A stretch of 32,000 nt of DNA from an uncultured archaeon (GTDB taxonomy: Archaea > Iainarchaeota > Iainarchaeia > Iainarchaeales > JAAZKV01): assembly GCA_964551375.1 (NCBI GenBank), contig CAZKBG010000001.1, forward strand, positions 1 through 32,000, given 5' to 3'. Within the stretch, counting starts at the first letter, position 1. Every line of letters begins with the position of its first letter. Below the pieces are notes generated by a model. That model worked only from the letters and a program-made list of their open reading frames with translations. It searched no databases and was not told where the DNA came from. Shown in pieces: positions 1-7,737 of the stretch. Made by a program: the position numbers and the translations under genes.

Positions 1-51
1 GGATAGGAGACTGTGGATCTCTTGACCCGGGTGCAATTCCCGGTCCTGACC
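1..51 (+). tRNA. tRNA-His(GUG), 3' part only (5' end outside window)
   Basis: Anticodon stem GGAGA (6-10)/TCTCT (18-22) with loop CTGTGGA, anticodon GTG at 13-15. T stem CCGGG (27-31)/CCCGG (39-43), 3' acceptor TCCTGAC (44-50), discriminator C51 (C73 is a tRNA-His hallmark). No encoded CCA. hisS follows. Confidence 0.85.
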
Positions 52-87
52 TTTCGTCTAATTTAAATAAAAAGGAGGGAATGTAAA

Positions 88-1326
88 ATGGATTATCAGC
101 CGGTAAAAGGAATGAGAGATTTAATTGGCGCTGACGCAGTGCTTGAAGAATACATTGAAGCCGCTTTTAAAAAAGTGTTCTCCTCTTATGGATACGAACC
201 GCTTTACACTCCCGCAGTAGAGAATTTTGACTTATTCAAAGCCAAAGGCGGGGCAGGGGAAGCAATTAAAGAAGAAATTTATTACTTTAAAGACAAAAGC
301 GAACGAGAGCTTGGATTAAGATTTGAATTTACTGCTTCCACCGCAAGAGTGGTTGCTGCAAACCAGCTAAAACTTCCTTACCGAAGATACCAAATCGGCG
401 AAGTTTATAGGTATGACAAACCGCAGGCAAAAAGATACAGGGCATTTATCCAAGCCGATGCTGACATATTTGGGGTGGCAGGGCTTGAAGCAGAACTTGA
501 ACTAATTCAAGCGCTGAATGATTACTTTAAAGCCCTTGAATTAACTCCAAAAATAATCTTTAATTCAAGAAAACTTCTTCAATCGCTTCTTGGAAAATTC
601 GCGCTTGGAAAAGAACTTGACGCAATGAGAGTGCTTGACAAGCTTGACAAAGTAAGCGCAGGCGAAATAAAACAAATGCTTGAAGAAAAAGGAATAGATT
701 CAAAAGTGCTTGATGTTGTATTAAGAAACTCGTTTGAAGAAATAGAAAATATTGTGGGCGCAGCCGATGCGGGAGCGCAGGAAGTAAAAGGATTTTTGGA
801 AATGACAAAAAAAGCAGGATTAACTTGCGTTGAATTTGATTCTCGCTTGGCAAGGGGGCTCGAATACTATACTGGAATTGTATTTGAAGCAAAAATAGAA
901 AAAGGCCCAAGCATTGCTGGCGGCGGAAGATATGATAAACTTGTAAAGCTCTATGGCGGACAGGATACTCCAGCAGTTGGATTTGCTGTAGGGATAAGCA
1001 GAGTATTTGACTACTTAAAAGAAAAAGGGTTCAAAAGAAACTTTCCAGGATTGTTTTTATTCGGTGTAGGAATAAAATCGGATGAAATATTAAAAATTTC
1101 TTCTAATTTGCGCGCAAGCGGAATAAATGTTGAAGTTGATTTGGTTGGGAAAGGAATCGGCAAAAATCTTGACTTTGCGCAGAAAAAGGGATACAAATTT
1201 GTTGGAATAATCGGTGAAAATGAATTAAAAGAAAATAAATTAACCCTTAAAAATATTGAAAGCGGAAAGCAGGAAATGATTTCAATAAAAGACGCTCAAA
1301 AACTGAAATCATTGATACAAGCCTGA
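88..1326 (+). CDS. hisS: Histidyl-tRNA synthetase (class II)
   Basis: Strong SD (aggaggga) before the ATG. HisRS signatures: QPVKGMRDL, RYRAFIQADADIFG, GLEYYTGIVFEA, AGGGRYDKLV, AVGFAVGISR. Confidence 0.96.
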   Translation: MDYQPVKGMRDLIGADAVLEEYIEAAFKKVFSSYGYEPLYTPAVENFDLFKAKGGAGEAIKEEIYYFKDKSERELGLRFEFTASTARVVAANQLKLPYRRYQIGEVYRYDKPQAKRYRAFIQADADIFGVAGLEAELELIQALNDYFKALELTPKIIFNSRKLLQSLLGKFALGKELDAMRVLDKLDKVSAGEIKQMLEEKGIDSKVLDVVLRNSFEEIENIVGAADAGAQEVKGFLEMTKKAGLTCVEFDSRLARGLEYYTGIVFEAKIEKGPSIAGGGRYDKLVKLYGGQDTPAVGFAVGISRVFDYLKEKGFKRNFPGLFLFGVGIKSDEILKISSNLRASGINVEVDLVGKGIGKNLDFAQKKGYKFVGIIGENELKENKLTLKNIESGKQEMISIKDAQKLKSLIQA

Positions 1327-1425
1327 AAAAATCTAAAAATTAAGGCCTTCTAAAAACAAGGAATACCCCAGTTTTGCCTGCAAGTCTTGTTTTTATTCTT
1401 TTCTTTTCATTTTATTTCGAGTAGT

Positions 1426-2484
1426 ATGGGATTATTTGACGCATTGATGCCAAAAAAAGAGAAAGAACTTAAGTTTGCAGCAAAAGAGAAGCCTGCGTCT
1501 AAGAAAACTTCTGAAAAGGCAGTTAAATCTGATTATCGCGATAAGGCTGAAACTCACAAAGCAGTTGCTTTTCAGAGAAACGAGAAGCCAGTTGTTCCAA
1601 GAGCTCATAAATTAGGGGTTTGTGTTCCAGAACACGCTAAAAATAGGACAGAAACTTATTCTTACGATCCAAATGTATGCGTTCCAATTCACGCAAGGCC
1701 CGCTGAAGAAAGAAGAAAATTAAATAGAAAAAATGAAGTAAGCCCTTTTGAAAAACTTAAAATCCAGCATGAAAAAGATGAAGAAGAATTTGACAAAGAA
1801 CTTGATGATTTGGCAGCGCAGTCATCAGATAGTTCTGACGGGCCTTTTGAGATTGAAGATGATGCGCCTAGAGAGGGGGCTGAAGTTGTTCAAAGAAGAC
1901 CTTTGAGGACTGAAGAAGAAGTTGAGCCCCAGATAAAACCAAGAATTTCAATTGATCCAAAAAGAAAAGCAGAGCTTGAATCAGTAGTAAGGAGCGTAAT
2001 GTACGGCAAAGGCGGAGCAAATAACCCAAGCGCAAACATTCCTGTTTCAACCGCGCCAAAAAAAGACTGGAAAAAAGCAATGCCTAATTTTGAAATGCCT
2101 CAAAAGGAAGAGCCTGTTGATGAAATTGAAGAATCCATTGATAAAGTTGAAGGATATGTTCCAAAATTCTCAAACTCTGCGAGAAAGAAATTCGCATCAA
2201 GCGCTGAAGCAAGAGGGGTTGGACTTGAGCCAAAAGGCTCCGGAACTTTTGAAGTAACTGGAGTATATCAAGGCGGAGACACTACAATAATTTCAGGGCA
2301 CGTAACAAGCGGAAAAATAACTTCAAGACTTACAGCTCAAAAAGGAAGCTTATCAATTAGACTTAATGAACTAAAGCGCGGAGTTGAATCAGTAAGCGAA
2401 CTAAGGGCTGGAGAGCAGGGCTCGCTTTTTGTAAGAGGCTCGGTTGCGGCAGTAAAATACGGCGACACGCTTGATTTTAGCTGA
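1426..2484 (+). CDS. Hypothetical protein: long charged disordered region plus C-terminal beta-barrel-like domain resembling EF-Tu domain 2
   Basis: ORF 1387..2484; the first Met after the hydrophobic out-of-context start is at 1426 (MGLFDALMPKK). The C-term GTFEVTGVYQGGDTTIISGHVTSGKI...LRAGEQGSLFVRG...YGDTLDF resembles translation-factor domain II spacing. Confidence 0.7.
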   Translation: MGLFDALMPKKEKELKFAAKEKPASKKTSEKAVKSDYRDKAETHKAVAFQRNEKPVVPRAHKLGVCVPEHAKNRTETYSYDPNVCVPIHARPAEERRKLNRKNEVSPFEKLKIQHEKDEEEFDKELDDLAAQSSDSSDGPFEIEDDAPREGAEVVQRRPLRTEEEVEPQIKPRISIDPKRKAELESVVRSVMYGKGGANNPSANIPVSTAPKKDWKKAMPNFEMPQKEEPVDEIEESIDKVEGYVPKFSNSARKKFASSAEARGVGLEPKGSGTFEVTGVYQGGDTTIISGHVTSGKITSRLTAQKGSLSIRLNELKRGVESVSELRAGEQGSLFVRGSVAAVKYGDTLDFS

Positions 2485-2542
2485 TTTTTTAGTCTTTTAA
2501 TAAATACTAATAAAATACTTGCTTTATCCTATTTCTTTTATT

Positions 2543-2646
2543 GCTCCAGTAGCATATTCAGATATTGCGCGGCATTGGTAGTTAATCGGCTTTGCTTGAA
2601 TTTTCCAATGATGCCGAGGTTGCGGGTGCAATTCCCGCCTGGAGCT
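2543..2646 (+). tRNA. tRNA-Thr(GGU) with a 30-nt intron (2581-2610) at canonical position 37/38
   Basis: Acceptor GCTCCAG (2543-2549)/CTGGAGC (2639-2645), discriminator T2646. Anticodon stem CGGCA (2570-2574)/TGCCG (2612-2616). T stem GCGGG/CCCGC (2622-2638). Bulge-helix-bulge: TTGG/CCAA 4-bp central helix with 3-nt bulges TAG and TGA. Splicing gives anticodon loop TTGGTAA. Confidence 0.8.
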
Positions 2647-2812
2647 TGGCAATTTTGTTTAAATTCCTTTCATTTGAAAATCCAATTAATTGCATCCACT
2701 TTGCAACTTGTTTTAAACCATATACTTCAATGACGTATAAATCTCTTTTTTGCAGGTGTTTGGTATAAAGTGTAAAATGTTTAGATAAAAATGGGTGTAC
2801 AGTTTGCCGACT

Positions 2813-4168
2813 TTACTTCTTTTTCTGCTGCTTTTCAAAAATCCAGTAAGTAGGCCATATTAGGGCAAATAGAATCATTGTGACAATGAACTGGGGAAGC
2901 ATTATTCCAAAGAAATTAATCGGCTCCCAGTACTGGGTAATGAACATGAAAAAGCAAAACACTGCCCCCGCAACAGCAAACCAAGGGACCCATGATAAGT
3001 GAAGTCCTTTTCTCTTATGCGCTTTGTATTCATTATGCCTTATTACAACAAGAGTTGCGTTAACTGTGAAGAAGAGGAAAAAGTGAATCACAGTGGTTAA
3101 ATTTCCAAGCTCTTTAATATCTCCGATAAAAGCAAAGATTATGGACATTATTAGCGTAACTATTATTGCAAAATGAGGTGTTTTAGTTTTTCTATTTACA
3201 TGACCAAAAACTTTTGGCAGAAGACCTTCATTTGCCATGCCGTATAATACTCTGCTTGAAACATTCAAAAGCACAAGAGTAACGCTTGCGGTTGCAAAGA
3301 GCGCAAGTACGCTAAGTACAAATCCAAACCCGGGGGCAATTGCTTTTTCAGCTACGATTGCGAGCGGGCCTTCAGTCAGCAAATTGTTTGGGTCAGCAGC
3401 TTTAGCCAAATCAGCGGGCGCAATAACGCTTACTGCGACAATTGAGATTAATACATAAAGAACTGTGGTCAAAATTAATGCTGCAATTATTGCTTTAGGA
3501 GTATTTCTTTTTGCGTCTTTTACTTCTTCAGTAATGTTTGCCAGCTCCTCAAACCCCACATATGCGAAGAAAATCAACGCAGCTGCTGAGAAAATACTTG
3601 GGATTAAGGAAAAAGAGTTTTCAAAGAGGGTGGTTCCGTCAATTCCTGCAAAATAATCAACGCTTCCAACAAATTGCAATCCGAAAATAATTGTCAAAAT
3701 TAATCCAATTATAGTAAGCGAAGTAAGTACGTTATTGAGGGTGACGCTCTTTTGTATTCCTACAAAATTTATCACTGAAAGAATTGCAAGCATCCCAATT
3801 GAAACAAATAAGGGGTTAATTGCGACAAAAAATTTGAAGTAAGAAGCAAATCCCCAAGCAACTGTTGCTGATGCAAAAACTCCTGTAAAAAGAGTTATAA
3901 TTCCGATGAAAAAAGCAAACTGCTTGTTTTTGAATGCTTTAATTATATAGACTGATTCAGCCGCATCCTTTGGATATCTGTGAGTAAGCTCGGCATAAGA
4001 GAAGGCAGTTACTGCTGCAATTACTGCTGCGATTAAGAATGAAAGCCAAAGGAGATTTCCGCTAATTCCTGCAGCCACTCCAATAAGGACATAAATTCCT
4101 GCGCCGATTATGGTTCCAGAACCGTATAGTATGGCTTGGTTAAGCGAGATGCTTCGTTCTAAAGGCAT
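2813..4168 (-). CDS. APC-family amino acid permease
   Basis: About 12 hydrophobic segments; N-term GSGTIIGAGIYVLIG, FFAYVGFEELANITEEVKD motif typical of the APC superfamily. Confidence 0.93.
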   Translation of the reverse strand: MPLERSISLNQAILYGSGTIIGAGIYVLIGVAAGISGNLLWLSFLIAAVIAAVTAFSYAELTHRYPKDAAESVYIIKAFKNKQFAFFIGIITLFTGVFASATVAWGFASYFKFFVAINPLFVSIGMLAILSVINFVGIQKSVTLNNVLTSLTIIGLILTIIFGLQFVGSVDYFAGIDGTTLFENSFSLIPSIFSAAALIFFAYVGFEELANITEEVKDAKRNTPKAIIAALILTTVLYVLISIVAVSVIAPADLAKAADPNNLLTEGPLAIVAEKAIAPGFGFVLSVLALFATASVTLVLLNVSSRVLYGMANEGLLPKVFGHVNRKTKTPHFAIIVTLIMSIIFAFIGDIKELGNLTTVIHFFLFFTVNATLVVIRHNEYKAHKRKGLHLSWVPWFAVAGAVFCFFMFITQYWEPINFFGIMLPQFIVTMILFALIWPTYWIFEKQQKKK

Positions 4169-4273
4169 AAAATCAAACTAATTAGGCAGGAGGAGTTAAT
4201 ATATTTTTCTTTTAGCGTGAATCTTTTTTGGGCAAGTAAAACTATTGTGGGGTTAATTAATACTATTTGCATA

Positions 4274-4945
4274 TTATTTCCTATGAAGCCCTGAATAGTG
4301 TCTTTTTGGAGCAATTCTAATGCTTCCTGTTTTTTTGTTAGTAAATCTTCTTATTTCAATATTGCCGTGATGAAGTCTTTTTTGAATTGGGGTGGGCCCA
4401 TATACTGCCATTCGAAATTCCTTGCTTTTTGAAAAAAGGAACAATCCAAATCCTGCAATTATTGCAAATCCAATATAATTAAACATCGGGGGGGTGGTTG
4501 CGGGGAGCAAATTAATGTCGGGATCAAGGTAAATAAAGATGGCAATAGCAAAGACAATGGCGTAAGCCGCTTCTGCGATAAAGAAAATAACAGTCTCTTT
4601 ATTTGCATCTTTTACTTTGCGTTTAGTTGTGTTGAAAACTAATCCTGAAAAATTAGTGTGAATGTTCATTACAGTTAAATCCCTCATTGCAATCACTACA
4701 TAACCGAGTGTGAGGAATAAAATTGTTCCAACAAACCAAACCACATTTTGGAAAAGGATTGGCTGCGGGTCGATTACAACATTTGGGCCAACAAAGTTGA
4801 TTCCAATAAACTGGTAAATTTGAAGCACTATTAAAAGAACAAGTGTGGCTTCTTCAAGGATAAACAAAAATGCCTGTGTTGGAGTCAGTATTTTTCTTGG
4901 CGCGAGAAATTTAATCTCATGAGGGTAAGTCTTTGAAAAGCTCAT
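4274..4945 (-). CDS. Hypothetical membrane protein with basic C-terminal tail
   Basis: Full-length ORF with several hydrophobic helices; C-term RLHHGNIEIRRFTNKKTGSIRIAPKRHYSG. Confidence 0.75.
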   Translation of the reverse strand: MSFSKTYPHEIKFLAPRKILTPTQAFLFILEEATLVLLIVLQIYQFIGINFVGPNVVIDPQPILFQNVVWFVGTILFLTLGYVVIAMRDLTVMNIHTNFSGLVFNTTKRKVKDANKETVIFFIAEAAYAIVFAIAIFIYLDPDINLLPATTPPMFNYIGFAIIAGFGLFLFSKSKEFRMAVYGPTPIQKRLHHGNIEIRRFTNKKTGSIRIAPKRHYSGLHRK

Positions 4946-4996
4946 GCACAGAATACGATAAACAGGTAATTAAATCTATTGCTTGTTTTTGACCGG

Positions 4997-5455
4997 CTAT
5001 TTTATTGTCCTGTCTTTTTTTGCTTTTGCGAGGGCGTCTTGGGATGGTTTTCTCATTTCAGCTTCTTTTCTGGCGGAAGCTGATACTGCATCCATTTTCA
5101 GTTCGCCTGGCTTTCGGTCAGCAACTGAGCCTGTTTTTAGCGCGCTTGCTTCGTTGCCTTTCATTCTAATTGAATCATCCCCTCTTTGTGCTGCGTGTAT
5201 AACTTTTTTTTCTGGGGCTGGCGCTTGTTTTTGAAGAGCGGGGTGTACTTTTGCTGCTTTTGCTAACGCTTTTCCTTTTCGCTTAAGCGAGCTTTCAAGA
5301 ATAAGTTTTCTTCGTTCTTTAATTATCAATCTTTTTCTGACTTCTGGCGCAATGTGTTCGCTTGTAACTCTTGAGCTTGCTTTGTTTGTAAAATAAGATT
5401 TTCTTGCTTTTGCAAGAAGTTTTAAGTACCACATTGGTTTAGCCATGGTTATCAC
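4997..5455 (-). CDS. Hypothetical basic protein
   Basis: 152-codon Lys/Ala-rich ORF in an otherwise uninterrupted minus-strand gene run. Confidence 0.6.
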   Translation of the reverse strand: MITMAKPMWYLKLLAKARKSYFTNKASSRVTSEHIAPEVRKRLIIKERRKLILESSLKRKGKALAKAAKVHPALQKQAPAPEKKVIHAAQRGDDSIRMKGNEASALKTGSVADRKPGELKMDAVSASARKEAEMRKPSQDALAKAKKDRTIK

Positions 5456-5617
5456 ATTTTCTTTGATTTATTTCTTTATCTTACAGATTTAATTAGTGGG
5501 TTGTATAAAAGCTTTCCCCAAAAACAAAAAACCTTTGCAGAATACTCTTTTTCCTTTGGAATAAATGTGTTCTTATTGGTTGGGTTGAATAATTTGACAT
5601 TGGCAGCGGGTTGTGGG

Positions 5618-5962
5618 TTAGTGCTTATCAGCCCAACTTTTTAGCTTGTCAATGATTTCAATCAGCTCTTCAGCTTTCGAAGTAAGGGCGTATTCAGTCT
5701 TGACTGGAGTTCCAAGAACAAGGTTTTTTGTAATGAGCTTGCTTTGCTCAAGGCTTTTCAGCCTTATTGAGAGCATTCTTGGATTCAAATTTTGGAGCGA
5801 TTTTAGGATTTGGTTGAAGCCAGCGCGCTTGTTGTGCTTGTATAGCGAGTCAAGTATAAGTAAGTCATGTTTCTTTCCGATTAGCTGCATCGCTTTTTCC
5901 AAAGGGTTAGTCTTCTCTGCAGTTTTTGCCATAAAACCACTTATATCAATTCTATTCACCAA
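5618..5962 (-). CDS. HxlR-family winged-helix transcriptional regulator
   Basis: NPLEKAMQLIGKKHDLLILDSLYKHNKRAGFNQILKSLQNLNPRMLSIRLKSLEQSKLI...TEYALTSKAEEL matches the HxlR domain pattern. Confidence 0.85.
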   Translation of the reverse strand: MVNRIDISGFMAKTAEKTNPLEKAMQLIGKKHDLLILDSLYKHNKRAGFNQILKSLQNLNPRMLSIRLKSLEQSKLITKNLVLGTPVKTEYALTSKAEELIEIIDKLKSWADKH

Positions 5963-5973
5963 AACATTTATAA

Positions 5974-5988
5974 CTATACTTTGTATAG
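5974..5988. promoter_or_regulatory. Dyad CTATAC-TTT-GTATAG directly upstream of the HxlR-type gene; candidate operator
   Basis: Perfect 6-bp inverted repeat with 3-bp spacer in the divergent intergenic region. AGCTACTTA is also repeated at 5987-5995 and 6005-6013. Confidence 0.45.
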
Positions 5989-6042
5989 CTACTTACTTTT
6001 TTAAAGCTACTTATTTAAATATAGTTAGGTTGTAGGTAGTGT

Positions 6043-6198
6043 ATGAATTGGACAAAATTTGTTAAAGGGGAAGAGGTAGTAGCTCACGTAAAGAGCCACA
6101 ACTTTTATCTGGAAAAGATAGTGGATGAAATGTTGAACCACAACACATTATCAACCTGGGTAAGAGAAACCAATGAGAGAATTTCGCATCACATGTAA
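6043..6198 (+). CDS. Candidate small protein (51 aa), divergent from the HxlR-type gene
   Basis: ATG..TAA: MNWTKFVKGEEVVAHVKSHNFYLEKIVDEMLNHNTLSTWVRETNERISHHM. Too short for the supplied ORF track; well-formed soluble composition. Confidence 0.4.
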   Translation: MNWTKFVKGEEVVAHVKSHNFYLEKIVDEMLNHNTLSTWVRETNERISHHM

Positions 6199-6262
6199 AG
6201 TGATGGGTAATAACTCCCACAACACACAATAATATTTTCACTACCTCAAACAGAAAAAGGAA

Positions 6263-6336
6263 ACCGCTCAATAATAGCCGAAAAGCTTGGGGATGATTCG
6301 GAAGGCAAGCCGAATCAGACTTTGGGGTTGGGCGGT
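6263..6336 (+). ncRNA. Candidate structured RNA with T-rich terminator-like tail
   Basis: Outer stem ACCGCTCAA (6263-6271)/TTGGGCGGT (6328-6336), middle AAAG/CTTT, inner TGATTCGG (6294-6301)/CCGAATCA (6310-6317). Followed by T runs at 6339-6366. Confidence 0.4.
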
Positions 6337-6412
6337 CCTTTTATTTTCTTTTTTTTAGTTTTTTTATCTCTTTCTTGGATAGTTATATAAATAACCGAAT
6401 TGTTAATTACTC

Positions 6413-7162
6413 ATGCGACAGCGGACAAGGCAGATATCAAGAACTGCTGAAAAAGTGCTAAGAAGGACAGGCTCAAAGAAAGCGCACAGCAAAGTCGCTG
6501 TTGCCCAAATTAGAAGAAGTCTTCTCAAAGAAATTGCACCCCACTTGGGCGAGATAGAAAAATCGCTTGATCATTTAGAACACCATGTAAACAGTGTTAA
6601 TGCTTTTGCGGACAAACACGCAAAACTTCCTTCACTTTTCGGCTACTTGGCGCTTAGCGTGAAAAAGGCGGAAGTTGAAGAAAAAATCAAGGCAGCGAAT
6701 CATAAAAAAGGAGCTTTTAGTCCTGCGGCAGCAGCGCTTGAGGACGGGACACTGGCATACTGGAAGACAGGACTCAATAATTTATGGAAAAACAGGTTCA
6801 AAAAGTACAAATCAATAGGACTTGAGGCTGAAAAAGCGATTTATTATGATTTAGTGCGGTCAGGAAAACCAGCAGGCGAGGCAAGAGCAATTGCAGGGCA
6901 ATTTGCAACTGAAGTAGGCAAAAAAATGATTCACTTTAACACGCTTCTTCATGCAACCGACGCAAGACACCAAATTTTACGATTTTCAGGCAATTATCTC
7001 GCAATGTGGGAAAAAGAAATCCTTGAAATTGGAAGGAAAGAAAAGCTTGTTCCTGGAGACATAATCACGCTTGCAGTTAACGCTGAGAAAATAAGGCAAA
7101 TAACATTTGAACTTGAAAAAATCACTAAAAGAAGACTGCAAAAGCGAATTATTGGAAAGTGA
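6413..7162 (+). CDS. Hypothetical helical basic protein
   Basis: 249-aa intact ORF beginning MRQRTRQISRTAEKVLRRTG; no recognisable domain. Confidence 0.7.
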   Translation: MRQRTRQISRTAEKVLRRTGSKKAHSKVAVAQIRRSLLKEIAPHLGEIEKSLDHLEHHVNSVNAFADKHAKLPSLFGYLALSVKKAEVEEKIKAANHKKGAFSPAAAALEDGTLAYWKTGLNNLWKNRFKKYKSIGLEAEKAIYYDLVRSGKPAGEARAIAGQFATEVGKKMIHFNTLLHATDARHQILRFSGNYLAMWEKEILEIGRKEKLVPGDIITLAVNAEKIRQITFELEKITKRRLQKRIIGK

Positions 7163-7255
7163 GAAGCTTTTTTATAAAATTTTGACAAAAAATCTCCAAA
7201 CAGTCACAAATATAATCTGACCGTTTCTATAATGTTTATTGGTGGGGGTTTAATG

Positions 7256-7663
7256 GCTATTTTCATTAAAAAAATAATTGAAGAGAACAGAACTGGGGCA
7301 GAAGAGAACGAGGATATTATATCTGATTGCAGCGAACTTCCTCCTGTAAGAGATGCTATTGAGAGATTAAACGGCGAAAACAAAACTGCAGTGGTTCTAG
7401 AAAAAGATGATAAAAATTACATGATTATCGGCGGCGGAAACGGCGGAAAATACGTTGTTTATGCTGAAATAAAGGGAAAGATGTACACAATGGCAAATAA
7501 GTTCCCGATTCCAAAAGGACCGACTGAAGTAAATGTTGGCGGAAAAACTACTGAATACGCATCAAAGTACTGCGTTGGAATTGACATGGTTTTAGAAGCA
7601 GCAAAGCACTACGCGGATCGCGGCGCTCTTGCGCAGACATTCAACTGGGAAAGCAGACAGTAA
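7256..7663 (+). CDS. Imm1-like protein (immunity-protein fold)
   Basis: SD ggtggggg before ATG 7256 (track start 7232). Pattern VVLEKDDKNYMIIGGGNGGKYVVYAE...GPTEVNVGGKTTEYASKYCVGIDMVLEAAKHYADRGALAQTFNWE resembles the Imm1 family layout. Confidence 0.55.
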   Translation, partial: AIFIKKIIEENRTGAEENEDIISDCSELPPVRDAIERLNGENKTAVVLEKDDKNYMIIGGGNGGKYVVYAEIKGKMYTMANKFPIPKGPTEVNVGGKTTEYASKYCVGIDMVLEAAKHYADRGALAQTFNWESRQ

Positions 7664-7737
7664 AAATCTGCTTTTCTTTTCTATTTTTTTTAAGTTTTTT
7701 TCCTTCTGATTTTAAGTCATTTTTTGTTATTATAAAA

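Noticed and set aside
560-2080. Minus-strand ORFs 560..910, 1011..1196, 1868..2080
   Set aside because: Antisense shadows of hisS and the 1426-2484 gene; Leu/Phe-rich low-complexity translations.
3237-3656. Plus-strand ORFs inside the permease gene
   Set aside because: Antisense to a confidently assigned CDS; no independent signals.
4983-6035. Plus-strand ORFs 4983..5234 and 5646..6035
   Set aside because: Opposite the basic hypothetical and HxlR-type genes; composition follows the antisense.
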